This document shows, piece by piece, positions 1-8,033 of a DNA stretch of 32,000 bases. The first letter of the stretch is position 1; every line of letters begins with the position of its first letter. Under the pieces are notes generated by a model that was not told where the DNA came from, searched no databases, and saw only the letters and a list, made by a program, of their open reading frames with translations. The position numbers were made by a program, and so were the translations under genes. The stretch comes from Candidatus Hadarchaeales archaeon (GTDB lineage: Archaea > Hadarchaeota > Hadarchaeia > Hadarchaeales > Hadarchaeaceae): assembly GCA_038823825.1 (NCBI GenBank), contig JAWBCC010000001.1, positions 360,001 through 392,000 on the forward strand, given 5' to 3'.

Positions 1-573
1 AAATATACAGTTGAGATCCGTAATATATTCAGTCTCTATAAATGTTTTGTGAAACTCGCGATGTGTATCCATTCCGTTTCCGAGACACCACTCAAGATAC
101 GTGAACAGACTGATAGCACGAGAGCGCGCGGAGGAGTTTCTCAACTTTACACGCCATATTTCCAGCGGTTCTCCGATTGGTACAAAAACGAGCATCGAAC
201 AGTCTAAACCAGACCTTGCGCTTTTGATCTCTGTGTATCCCAAACCGTGTACAACCTCGTATTTCTCAAAATCTGGACAGCAGGGTTTCCATCCCAAAGA
301 CCAGAATTCACCATTTTCATCGTCGCGCACATAGATGTACTTTCCATATTCGTCGCGGATGAGATCTTGATGCCAAATGTTCAACCTAGCGAGAGCAGAG
401 TTTCCTCTCCAGCTGAAGCCGCTACCAGCCTGGGAGATGGCTAACCCATAGTCTCCATTACATATTATGTTCACCCATGGCGCTGGAGTGTCGGGCCTAG
501 TTATTACAAATTCCCTGCCGTTTTTCGTGAAGTATCCGTACTTGTTTGACAAAAGTCTCTGCTCCTGTGACAT
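1..573 (-). CDS. GH94-family glycoside phosphorylase (cellobiose/chitobiose phosphorylase-like), N-terminal part, truncated by the window edge
   Basis: Manual reverse-strand translation gives an open frame MSQEQRLLSNKYGYFTKNGREFVITRPDTPAPWVNIICNGDYGLAISQAGSGFSWRGNSALARLNIWHQDLIRDEYGKYIYVRDDENGEFWSLGWKP...HGLGYTEIK...FVPIGEPLEIWRVKLRN..., characteristic of the GH94 N-terminal domain. It is absent from the ORF track because it runs off the edge. A GAGG motif precedes the ATG. Confidence 0.85.
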   Translation of the reverse strand, partial: MSQEQRLLSNKYGYFTKNGREFVITRPDTPAPWVNIICNGDYGLAISQAGSGFSWRGNSALARLNIWHQDLIRDEYGKYIYVRDDENGEFWSLGWKPCCPDFEKYEVVHGLGYTEIKSARSGLDCSMLVFVPIGEPLEIWRVKLRNSSARSRAISLFTYLEWCLGNGMDTHREFHKTFIETEYITDLNCIF

Positions 574-749
574 GGACCTCTAGAAAACTACTCATGCGAT
601 TTTTTTAGTTTTCGTGCACGCAAGAGAAGCTAAATGGTGTTTTGTAAAAAAACGAAAACTAAATTAAAATTCTTTTTTGGAACTAATTTTACTCTAGCTT
701 TTTCCAAAAAGGGTTAAAACCTTTGCTGTCTTAAATAAAATGTGAGAGG

Positions 750-1925
750 GTGAAAGAAAAGCTTGAAGTTTATCACTTCTGGATAGGGCATGAGCATGCA
801 CCAATAAAAAGTTTCTTGGATTTTTTTGCGAGAAAGTATTCAATTGAGGTCAGAGACATAGCGATGGAATGGGGTATCCATAGCGCGATAACTCAGGCTA
901 AAGTTATGAGAGAGAATCCGCCCGATATCGTAGCCACGGATATAGGACGGAGGCTGGCTGATTACGTTAAAACTGGCGAAATTGCCGAAGTCGAAAAGAT
1001 CTGGTCGAGTAAAAGTCTCAAAAAAGCAATACCGGACTGGATAAAAGAAGCCTGCAGCGTAGACGGCAAAATCTACGGTGTGCCGTCTAAATGTTTCACC
1101 TTTGCAGTCTGGTATCTGAAAAGAGTCTTCAAAAAGTACAACTTAGAACCTCCGGAAAGCTGGGACGAATTTTTAGAAATATGTAAGAAACTTTCCCAGA
1201 AAGGTATCAGACCAATAGTCTCTAGTTCTTGGGAGGTTTCTCTCTGGTTTGAGAACATCTTGGTTCGATTTGTGGGGCCGGATTTTTACAACGCTTTGAT
1301 GAGGGGCGAAGAGAGCTGGCTGGATCCGCGTGTTATCGAGGCTTATGAAACCTTGAGAGAGCTTTCGGAGTATTTCTTGCCAGGACCATTCAGCTATAGT
1401 TTTCGCGAGTCTTGGGAGGCTCTAAACGCTGAAAAAGCGGTCATGCAACTTCAAGGAGATTGGGTTAATGAGATGTGGAAGGTCGGTTATGGCTATAAAC
1501 CGGGTGTTGACTATGACTTTTTCTTGATACCGCCGATAGATGACAAAGTAGGTCATGTCATGATAACCGGTGGAAACGCTTGGTTGATGACTAAAAGAGC
1601 TCCACACAAGAATGAAGCTAAAACTTTCATGACTTTCGCCGCATCCAAAAGGGCCCACGAAATACTGGCAAAGGAAGGGATGGGCATAATGAGCAGAATC
1701 GATGTTCCTGAGCAACTCTATGATCCCGTCTCCTTAAGATTGCTCAAGAGTCTACAGAAATATCCTAATGTGCTTCAAATGGACGCGATACTGCCGGCTA
1801 CCGTGTTGAGCGTGGAAAGATTACAGCAGGCACAAATCGTTTTGGGAGAGGAATTTAGCAGGAAGCGAATAGAGGCGCTTTTAGAAGAGATCCAGAAAGT
1901 AAGTGAAGGAATCCGACAGAGGTGA
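750..1925 (+). CDS. MalE/UgpB-like extracellular solute-binding-protein fold, no signal peptide
   Basis: ORF of 391 aa with GTG start after GAGAGG. Family-1-like SBP motifs (VYHFWIGHEH..., PPDIVATD, DGKIYGVPSK, WYLKRVFKKYNLEPPESWDEFLEICKKL). In-frame TAA at 732-734 excludes an N-terminal extension. Confidence 0.75.
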   Translation: MKEKLEVYHFWIGHEHAPIKSFLDFFARKYSIEVRDIAMEWGIHSAITQAKVMRENPPDIVATDIGRRLADYVKTGEIAEVEKIWSSKSLKKAIPDWIKEACSVDGKIYGVPSKCFTFAVWYLKRVFKKYNLEPPESWDEFLEICKKLSQKGIRPIVSSSWEVSLWFENILVRFVGPDFYNALMRGEESWLDPRVIEAYETLRELSEYFLPGPFSYSFRESWEALNAEKAVMQLQGDWVNEMWKVGYGYKPGVDYDFFLIPPIDDKVGHVMITGGNAWLMTKRAPHKNEAKTFMTFAASKRAHEILAKEGMGIMSRIDVPEQLYDPVSLRLLKSLQKYPNVLQMDAILPATVLSVERLQQAQIVLGEEFSRKRIEALLEEIQKVSEGIRQR

Positions 1926-1931
1926 ATACAT

Positions 1932-2674
1932 TTGGTGAGAAGGATTTCTTCTGTCATTGGACTTTTTTCGGCTAAGGGAGGCGTAGGAAAGACAGTTCTA
2001 GCCGTGAATTTGGCAACTTTCTCGGCAAACTGCTGAAAGGAAGAGTTGCTCTCATGGAGGTTGGTGGAGCGATACCGACGCTTCACCTTTACTTTGATTT
2101 GCCAGAACCAAAGATTCCACCTAGCAAAATAGTCACTGGCGGAGGCCGGATAGAAGAGGTAATCACAAAGTACGGGAATATCCTGGATATCGTTTCTCTC
2201 TCGTTTGACTATGGATCTGAAAGTGAGATAGGAATGATAATAGACCTTTTGCGTGAGAGATATCCTCTCATAATTCTCGATTCTCCACCAGGATTAGGAA
2301 TGGAGGTCCACTCCAGTCTCAGAGCTTGTACCGAAATAATTATTGTCTGTCAGCCGAAAATCCCCTCCGTGTTACAGGCTCTACAAACGTGTAAAATTGC
2401 AGAGAAGTGGCGTGTTCCGATCGAGCGCGTTATCATCAACCGTGTTCAGGGGGGAAATTTTGAAATCTCTCCAACAGATTTGCGGAAGACATTTGGTGGC
2501 GCCGTGATTTCCATAGTTCCAGAAGACCCCAGGATGCCAGAAAGTGTGACTAAGGGCAAGCCGTTAGTCATCCTAGACCCGGCCTCACCTGCCGCTCAGG
2601 AGATAAATAGGATAGCCCGCAGCATTGCTACAAAGATAAAAAAGAACATGAAACTCCTCTATGCCGTAAAATAG
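1932..2674 (+). pseudogene. MinD/ParA-like P-loop ATPase interrupted by a -1 frameshift (or an assembly/sequencing indel)
   Basis: TTG/GTG start at 1932/1935 encodes VRRISSVIGLFSAKGGVGKTVLAVNLATF then shifts to SANC* (TGA 2034-2036). The -1 frame from about 2021 continues LGKLLKGRVALMEVGGAIPTLHLYFDL... and joins the ORF 2054-2674. Confidence 0.75.
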
Positions 2675-2677
2675 ATT

Positions 2678-3310
2678 TCATCCACTTCTCATTTTTTCAA
2701 CTATCCCCTTCAGTGCGATTTCCTTTCTTGATCGGATTTTCTCATCGAACACAACGAGTAATTTTTCGGCTTCTTGGGTACCAATTTGCCATAGATCAAC
2801 GTATATTTGAGCGATCGGGGCTGACTGGTTCTGACTTACGCTTTCAATGTGAGAATCTTTTTCGAGCACCACAAGATTTGGTCTTCTACTTTCTCTTTTA
2901 GGGAATTTTGTAGAAATTTTCTGAGGATCTCCATAAACATAAACTTCTGAGTACAGCGGGGTTTCCCCTATCTTTCGCGCGTAACCCGAAAATGCTGTGA
3001 AAATTGTGCCGGAAGGGAGCTCGCTCTCGATTTCTTTGACTTTATGCGGAACGTAAGTCAAGAAGCATATGTCTTTATGCAAGTCTCTTGTACACGCCCA
3101 GTAAGTGAGGACCTTTTGAACATTTATCACACGGAAGCCCATGGGCTTCTTTTCGACTCCATGAAATCTGTGGAGTTCTCTTACGACTTTATTCACGGTG
3201 TCTAAGGAGATTTGACATTTTTCGGCGATCGATTTTTGCGTCATGTACGGTTCGTCGAGTTCAAGTGTTCTATACAAAATCTCCCTGAAAACAATGTTTT
3301 TTCTACTCAT
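2678..3310 (-). CDS. Winged-HTH protein with AbiEi-like C-terminal region
   Basis: ORF of 210 aa. N-terminal HTH (MTQKSIAEKCQISLDTVNKVVRELHRF) and C-terminal AbiEi-like pattern (PLYSEVYVY... APIAQIYVDLWQIGTQEAEKLL). Confidence 0.55.
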   Translation of the reverse strand: MSRKNIVFREILYRTLELDEPYMTQKSIAEKCQISLDTVNKVVRELHRFHGVEKKPMGFRVINVQKVLTYWACTRDLHKDICFLTYVPHKVKEIESELPSGTIFTAFSGYARKIGETPLYSEVYVYGDPQKISTKFPKRESRRPNLVVLEKDSHIESVSQNQSAPIAQIYVDLWQIGTQEAEKLLVVFDEKIRSRKEIALKGIVEKMRSG

Positions 3311-3369
3311 TTCCTACCTTTTAAAAATAAATTGAGGTTATTTAAATAGCTTTAAAAATGGGGATATCG

Positions 3370-3786
3370 TCAGGATAAGATTTCCTTCGCCGCTTCAATC
3401 AGCTTTTTGAAATCCACTTCTTGAAGTTTTTGTCCTAAGCCGATACCCGGACAATCGTCGTAGATTTCAAACACAATACCCTTTTCTGTTTTTCTAACAA
3501 AGAACGGATACAGTCTGCATACTAGTGGTCTGTGTTCGTATATCGTACATGCCCCGTTTTTCAGGAAAATGCATGCTCCTCCTCTCCTCTTCATCTTGTA
3601 TTTGAACTTTCCTGCTCCAGAAATCGGACTAGCAAATTGCATAGGATGCATGTCTGTGACATTCGAAATTTTTTCAACTTCTTTTTCAAGCAAATAAATT
3701 ACTCGGCTTCTGTGCGGGGCGTCACCACAACATCTAGCACATCTCTGACACTCAAACTGAACATTTTTGGGTATGTCTATGTTCAT
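3370..3786 (-). CDS. YkgJ-family cysteine-cluster protein (putative Fe-S/zinc)
   Basis: FECQRCARCCG ... GGACIFLKNGACTIYEHRPLVCRLYPF motifs. Confidence 0.85.
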   Translation of the reverse strand: MNIDIPKNVQFECQRCARCCGDAPHRSRVIYLLEKEVEKISNVTDMHPMQFASPISGAGKFKYKMKRRGGACIFLKNGACTIYEHRPLVCRLYPFFVRKTEKGIVFEIYDDCPGIGLGQKLQEVDFKKLIEAAKEILS

Positions 3787-3843
3787 CCAAGACTCATTCT
3801 TCGTATGGACTTAAAAGTTTATTTGGCACTGGAAGAAACTAGT

Positions 3844-4083
3844 ATGATAAGCATGCAGGCAATCGTGTATATTCGGACTACTCCTGGAAAGGCTCTGAAA
3901 GCCTTGGAAAAGATAAAGAAAATACCCCAAGTTAGATTCGCCGCTGCTACCACTGGTAGATTTGACATCGTGGTTAGGGTCGAAGTTTCGGATATACGCG
4001 AACTAGGCGAATGCGTAGTAAACGAGATACAGAAAATCGAAGGAGTTACGTACACAGAGACCGCTGTGATCGTTACAACATAA
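3844..4083 (+). CDS. Stand-alone Lrp/AsnC ligand-binding (RAM) domain protein
   Basis: MISMQAIVYIRTTPGKALKALEKIKKIPQVRFAAATTGRFDIVVRVEVSDIRELGECVVNEIQKIEGVTYTETAVIV is a typical RAM domain. The longer 3532 ORF start is an artefact overlapping the opposite-strand gene. Confidence 0.8.
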   Translation: MISMQAIVYIRTTPGKALKALEKIKKIPQVRFAAATTGRFDIVVRVEVSDIRELGECVVNEIQKIEGVTYTETAVIVTT

Positions 4084-4170
4084 AATAAAACTTGCGAATG
4101 TGGCTCCTTCCGTGCACAACTGTTAGAACATAATAGATTTTAAGAAAGTGTGCAGAACTCTGAAGATTAG

Positions 4171-6834
4171 ATGGAAATCCCAAAAGAGTACCGTCCACTT
4201 GAAGTAGAACCTAAATGGCAGAAAAAGTGGGAAGAATGGGGAATATACAGATTTCGGCGAGAGGACCGACATAGTCCAACATATGTTATCGATACGCCCC
4301 CACCCTATCCTTCTGGTGAATTTCACATGGGTACTGCCTTAAACTGGACCTACATTGATATTGTCGCACGTTACAAGCGGATGAGAGGCTATAACGTTTT
4401 CTTCCCTCAAGGATGGGATTGTCACGGGCTTCCGACAGAAGTTCAGGTTGAGAAGATTTACAAAATCAGGAAGGGAGATTTGCCACCCGACAAGTTCCGC
4501 GAGTTATGCATTCAGTTAACTGAAAATAACATAGCACATATGAAAGAGGAAATGAAATCGATGGGCTTTTCCATAGATTGGTCTACCGAGTACCGAACGA
4601 TGGATCCAGATTACTATGGCAAGACGCAGCTTTCTTTTGTTCTTCTTTACAAAAAAGGCCTGATTTACCGTGGAGAACACCCAGTGAACTGGTGTCCACG
4701 CTGCGAGACCGCCATCGCCGACGCCGAGGTAGAATATGAAGAGAGAGAAACGTCTCTGTATTACATAAGTTTTGAATTAGACAGTGGGGAGAAAATCCCA
4801 ATAGCCACCACGAGACCCGAATTTCTACCAGCGTGCGTGGCTGTGGCCGTTCATCCGGAGGATGATAGGTATCGTGGACTTCCCGGCAGAAAGATAAAAG
4901 TTCCTCCATTCTGGAATGAAGTACCGATAATAGAAGACCAAGAAGTAGATCCCGAGTTTGGCACCGGAGTAGTGATGATCTGTACTTTCGGGGACAAGAC
5001 TGATGTGAGATGGGTTAAACGTCACAACCTCCCCGTTATCAGGCTTTTGGACGAGAGAGGACGAATAACTGAAGCCGGTAAAAAGTACTCCGGAATGTCC
5101 CTAGAAGAATGCAGACGAGCGGTTCTTGAGGATCTAAAAACGGCCGGGCTTGTTTTTAAGGAAGAAAGGATACGGCAAAATGTTGGTCTATGCTGGCGTT
5201 GTAAAACTCCGGTTGAGATCCTCTCTAAACCGCAGTGGTTCTTAAGGGTCTTGGATCTAAACCCGCTAGCAATCAAAAAGGCTAAGGAGGTAAGATGGGT
5301 GCCATCTCACATGCTTTTCAGATTCATCAATTGGGCGGAATCGATGGACTGGGATTGGGTAATATCTAGGCAAAGGATATTTGCTACGCCTATACCCGCA
5401 TGGTATTGTGCCAATTGTGGAGCTCCGATCGTTGCGAGCGAGAAGCAACTGCCTGTGATTCCCTGGAGAGATCCACCCCCTGTGGAAAAGTGCCCTCACT
5501 GTGGAGGGAAAAACTTCAAACCGGAAACCGACGTGCTGGATACCTGGATGGATAGTTCCATCACCATCTGCGTGCACGCTGGTTGGCCGGATATGGATCC
5601 TCGATTGTATCCTGCTGACTTGCAACCGAATGGAACTGATATCATAAGAACCTGGGATTACTATCTGATGATCCGTCATCTCGCTCTTCTTGGTGAAAAG
5701 CCGTATAGAACAGTCCTGATCAATGGCATGGTTGTCGGAGAAGACGGAAGGAAGATGTCGAAATCCCTGGGAAACTATGTCGATACTAGCATGGCTAGGT
5801 CAAAATGGGGTGCCGATGCTCTCAGACAGTGGGCAGCCATAGGAGCTTCCACGGGTTCTGATGTTCCATTCAGCTGGAAAGATGTTGAGTTCGGCCATAA
5901 ATTCATGCAAAAGCTTTGGAACGCTTTCCGGTTTTCATCGAAATTTTTAGTAGGTGCCAAGAATCTAAATCCATCTAAGCTAAAATTCTCTCCTGTAGAT
6001 AGATGGATATTGAGCAAATATCAGAGGCTGGTTGAAGGAGTCACGGAGCACCTTGAAAATTTTGAATTTTGCCATGCTCTGCGAAAAATCTACACTTTTG
6101 TCTGGCATGATTTATGCGACAATTATTTGGAGGCCGTGAAATACAGACTGTACAGCAAAGACGAGACAGCCGAGGCTGCGAGATTTACTCTTTATGAAAT
6201 TTTCCTCGGCATAACAAAACTGCTCGCACCGTTTATCCCACACTTTGCTGAGGAGGTCTTCCAAACTTTCTTTTCAAGAGATTTTCCGGAGATTATAAGC
6301 GTACATCTCTCAGAATGGCCGAAAGCAAAGCCAGAATTCATAGACAAAGAGAGCGAAAGGCTTGGTGAAATGTTTTGTGCCGTGGTTGGCGCCTTAAGAC
6401 AGTTCAAAGCTCGGGAAAGGATGCCTTTGAATGCCGCGATAAGCAAGGCAATATTCTATACTTCGCCACAAATCGCCGAAGACTTGGAAAAACTAAAGTC
6501 CGACATTTCTGGAACTCTCAGGATTTTGGAGCTCTCAATCTCTATCTCTTCGCCAGAAATAGAGGAAGATATAGAAAGAGTTGAGTTAAACATCGAACGC
6601 GTCGGACCAAAATTTAGATCGGACCTAGAGATTCTTAAAGAAGCCCTAGAAAAATCAGACCCCAAGGATATCTATTCTGGCGTTATGAGTGGTGGCGTGA
6701 CAATCTGTTACAAAGGAAAGGAATTCAAACTAGACCCGGGAGACCTAAAATTTTTGAGAACCGTTTCCTCTGCCGATGGAAAGAAAGTCGTACTAGTAGA
6801 GGAATTTCCAATCACCATTGTTTTGCCTTTATGA
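4171..6834 (+). CDS. valS: Valyl-tRNA synthetase
   Basis: 887 aa. HMGTALNWTYIDI (HIGH-like), GWDCHGLPTE, VNWCPRCETAIADAEVEY, NWAESMDWDWVISRQRIFATPIPAWYC, DGRKMSKSLGN. Confidence 0.95.
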   Translation: MEIPKEYRPLEVEPKWQKKWEEWGIYRFRREDRHSPTYVIDTPPPYPSGEFHMGTALNWTYIDIVARYKRMRGYNVFFPQGWDCHGLPTEVQVEKIYKIRKGDLPPDKFRELCIQLTENNIAHMKEEMKSMGFSIDWSTEYRTMDPDYYGKTQLSFVLLYKKGLIYRGEHPVNWCPRCETAIADAEVEYEERETSLYYISFELDSGEKIPIATTRPEFLPACVAVAVHPEDDRYRGLPGRKIKVPPFWNEVPIIEDQEVDPEFGTGVVMICTFGDKTDVRWVKRHNLPVIRLLDERGRITEAGKKYSGMSLEECRRAVLEDLKTAGLVFKEERIRQNVGLCWRCKTPVEILSKPQWFLRVLDLNPLAIKKAKEVRWVPSHMLFRFINWAESMDWDWVISRQRIFATPIPAWYCANCGAPIVASEKQLPVIPWRDPPPVEKCPHCGGKNFKPETDVLDTWMDSSITICVHAGWPDMDPRLYPADLQPNGTDIIRTWDYYLMIRHLALLGEKPYRTVLINGMVVGEDGRKMSKSLGNYVDTSMARSKWGADALRQWAAIGASTGSDVPFSWKDVEFGHKFMQKLWNAFRFSSKFLVGAKNLNPSKLKFSPVDRWILSKYQRLVEGVTEHLENFEFCHALRKIYTFVWHDLCDNYLEAVKYRLYSKDETAEAARFTLYEIFLGITKLLAPFIPHFAEEVFQTFFSRDFPEIISVHLSEWPKAKPEFIDKESERLGEMFCAVVGALRQFKARERMPLNAAISKAIFYTSPQIAEDLEKLKSDISGTLRILELSISISSPEIEEDIERVELNIERVGPKFRSDLEILKEALEKSDPKDIYSGVMSGGVTICYKGKEFKLDPGDLKFLRTVSSADGKKVVLVEEFPITIVLPL

Positions 6835-7026
6835 GCTTCCTTTGACCACACTTATGACTAAAATCAGAACAAAAAGCAAGAAAAACAGTATCATTGTGTA
6901 AAGTTGAATTCTATGATATCTCTTCTGCTGTTTCCTTAGAATTTCCTCGCAGGATGGAGAACAGATAAACTTGTCGGGCGGAACTGGTTTTCCACACACT
7001 ACACAGTGTCTATGATCCTCGACCAA
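6829..7026 (-). CDS. DUF2116-like Zn-ribbon membrane protein
   Basis: 65 aa. HCVVCGKPVPPDKFICSPSCEEILRKQQ followed by a C-terminal TM helix (MILFFLLFVLILVISVV). Confidence 0.75.
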   Translation of the reverse strand: MVEDHRHCVVCGKPVPPDKFICSPSCEEILRKQQKRYHRIQLYTMILFFLLFVLILVISVVKGSS

Positions 7027-7028
7027 TT

Positions 7029-7718
7029 TTATTCACCTGGCTCGATGACAGTTCCAGAATGGGGGTTTCCGGCCAAGATGTCTGGAAGTTTCTCTATTTC
7101 CTCTTTTCCCAACACCACACACTTTAATCTATGTAAATGTATGAGCTTTGCTGCAACCGGATCGATTATCACGTTCATTCCGGGCAAGAATTTTATTTTT
7201 CCAAAAAGATTCATGAGGTCTGCAGTCTTCATGACTTTGATTTTCTGCGCATCCGGGTATAGCTTCGGATCCTTATCATATATGCCATCCACGTTTGATA
7301 TGAAAATGAGTAACTCCGACCCAACCGAAGAAGCGAGCGTTGCAGCTACCGCATCCGTTGTCTGACCCGGAGTCGTTCCCCCCATGATTGGTATTTTTCC
7401 ACTTGCCAACACAATTGTTGCCTCCTCAACCGTCTCTATTGGCTTTTGTTCGCAAATTTCACCCAACGCCAGCCCCAAAAATCTCGCATTCAGTCTGGTG
7501 ATTAAGATTCCTAGCTCGTCCAGTTTGCTGCTGGGAAGCAGCAGTTTGCGTCCTTCTTCGATATACATTCTCGCTGGCTTTCCGCCGCCAACGACCAACG
7601 ATATCTCATGACCATCTTCCTTCAACTTGCGTAACACCTCCGCAAGCTTTTTCACAAATTTTCCATCCGGTCCGTCGGGAGCCAACACGGATCCACCTAT
7701 GCAAATTGTTATCCTCAA
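7029..7718 (-). CDS. pyrH: UMP kinase (archaeal type)
   Basis: MRITICIGGSVLAPDGPD... LVVGGGKPARMYI... GGTTPGQTTDAVAA ... ISNVDGIYDKDPK. Confidence 0.93.
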   Translation of the reverse strand: MRITICIGGSVLAPDGPDGKFVKKLAEVLRKLKEDGHEISLVVGGGKPARMYIEEGRKLLLPSSKLDELGILITRLNARFLGLALGEICEQKPIETVEEATIVLASGKIPIMGGTTPGQTTDAVAATLASSVGSELLIFISNVDGIYDKDPKLYPDAQKIKVMKTADLMNLFGKIKFLPGMNVIIDPVAAKLIHLHRLKCVVLGKEEIEKLPDILAGNPHSGTVIEPGE

Positions 7719-8008
7719 TTCTTCACCTCCTCAAAGATTTCCTTTTTAACAAATAAACCACAATGGCACCGCCCCATTGTGCGAATCTCTTCTTCGTGCC
7801 ATCTACACGGACATATCTTGGGTTGGTCTTCCGCAGGATTTCCTGTCAATGCCCTGCATGGACAGTATTGGTACCCATGCCTCTTTTTATTCTCCAACAA
7901 TCCACGCAGTATCATGTTTACTATTCCCTCGTCTGGATTCAGAGAATATCCTTTCATTCTCGCGTATCTCTCCATCCTTTTTCTGAGTTCATATATCTCC
8001 TGATCCAT
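7715..8008 (-). CDS. Ferredoxin:thioredoxin reductase catalytic (beta) subunit-like protein
   Basis: Conserved YCPCR ... ICPCRWHEEEIRTMGRCHCGLF cysteine pattern. Stop overlaps the pyrH start by 4 nt. Confidence 0.9.
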   Translation of the reverse strand: MDQEIYELRKRMERYARMKGYSLNPDEGIVNMILRGLLENKKRHGYQYCPCRALTGNPAEDQPKICPCRWHEEEIRTMGRCHCGLFVKKEIFEEVKN

Positions 8009-8033
8009 CAGAATTCAAATTAACTATCTTGCT

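Noticed and set aside
101-444. Two small plus-strand ORFs at the left edge
   Set aside because: Antisense to the convincing GH94 reading frame on the minus strand.
705-733. Short inverted repeat AAAGG...CCTTT upstream of the SBP-like gene, possible operator
   Set aside because: Only 5-bp arms in AT-rich sequence, expected by chance. Without comparative data it cannot be supported.
3532-3843. N-terminal extension of the Lrp/RAM-like ORF
   Set aside because: The extension is antisense to the YkgJ-like gene. The RAM domain starts right after ATG 3844, so the longer start is an artefact.
5266-5679. 137-aa minus-strand ORF (and others antisense to valS)
   Set aside because: Fully antisense to conserved valS motifs, so explained by codon-bias shadowing.
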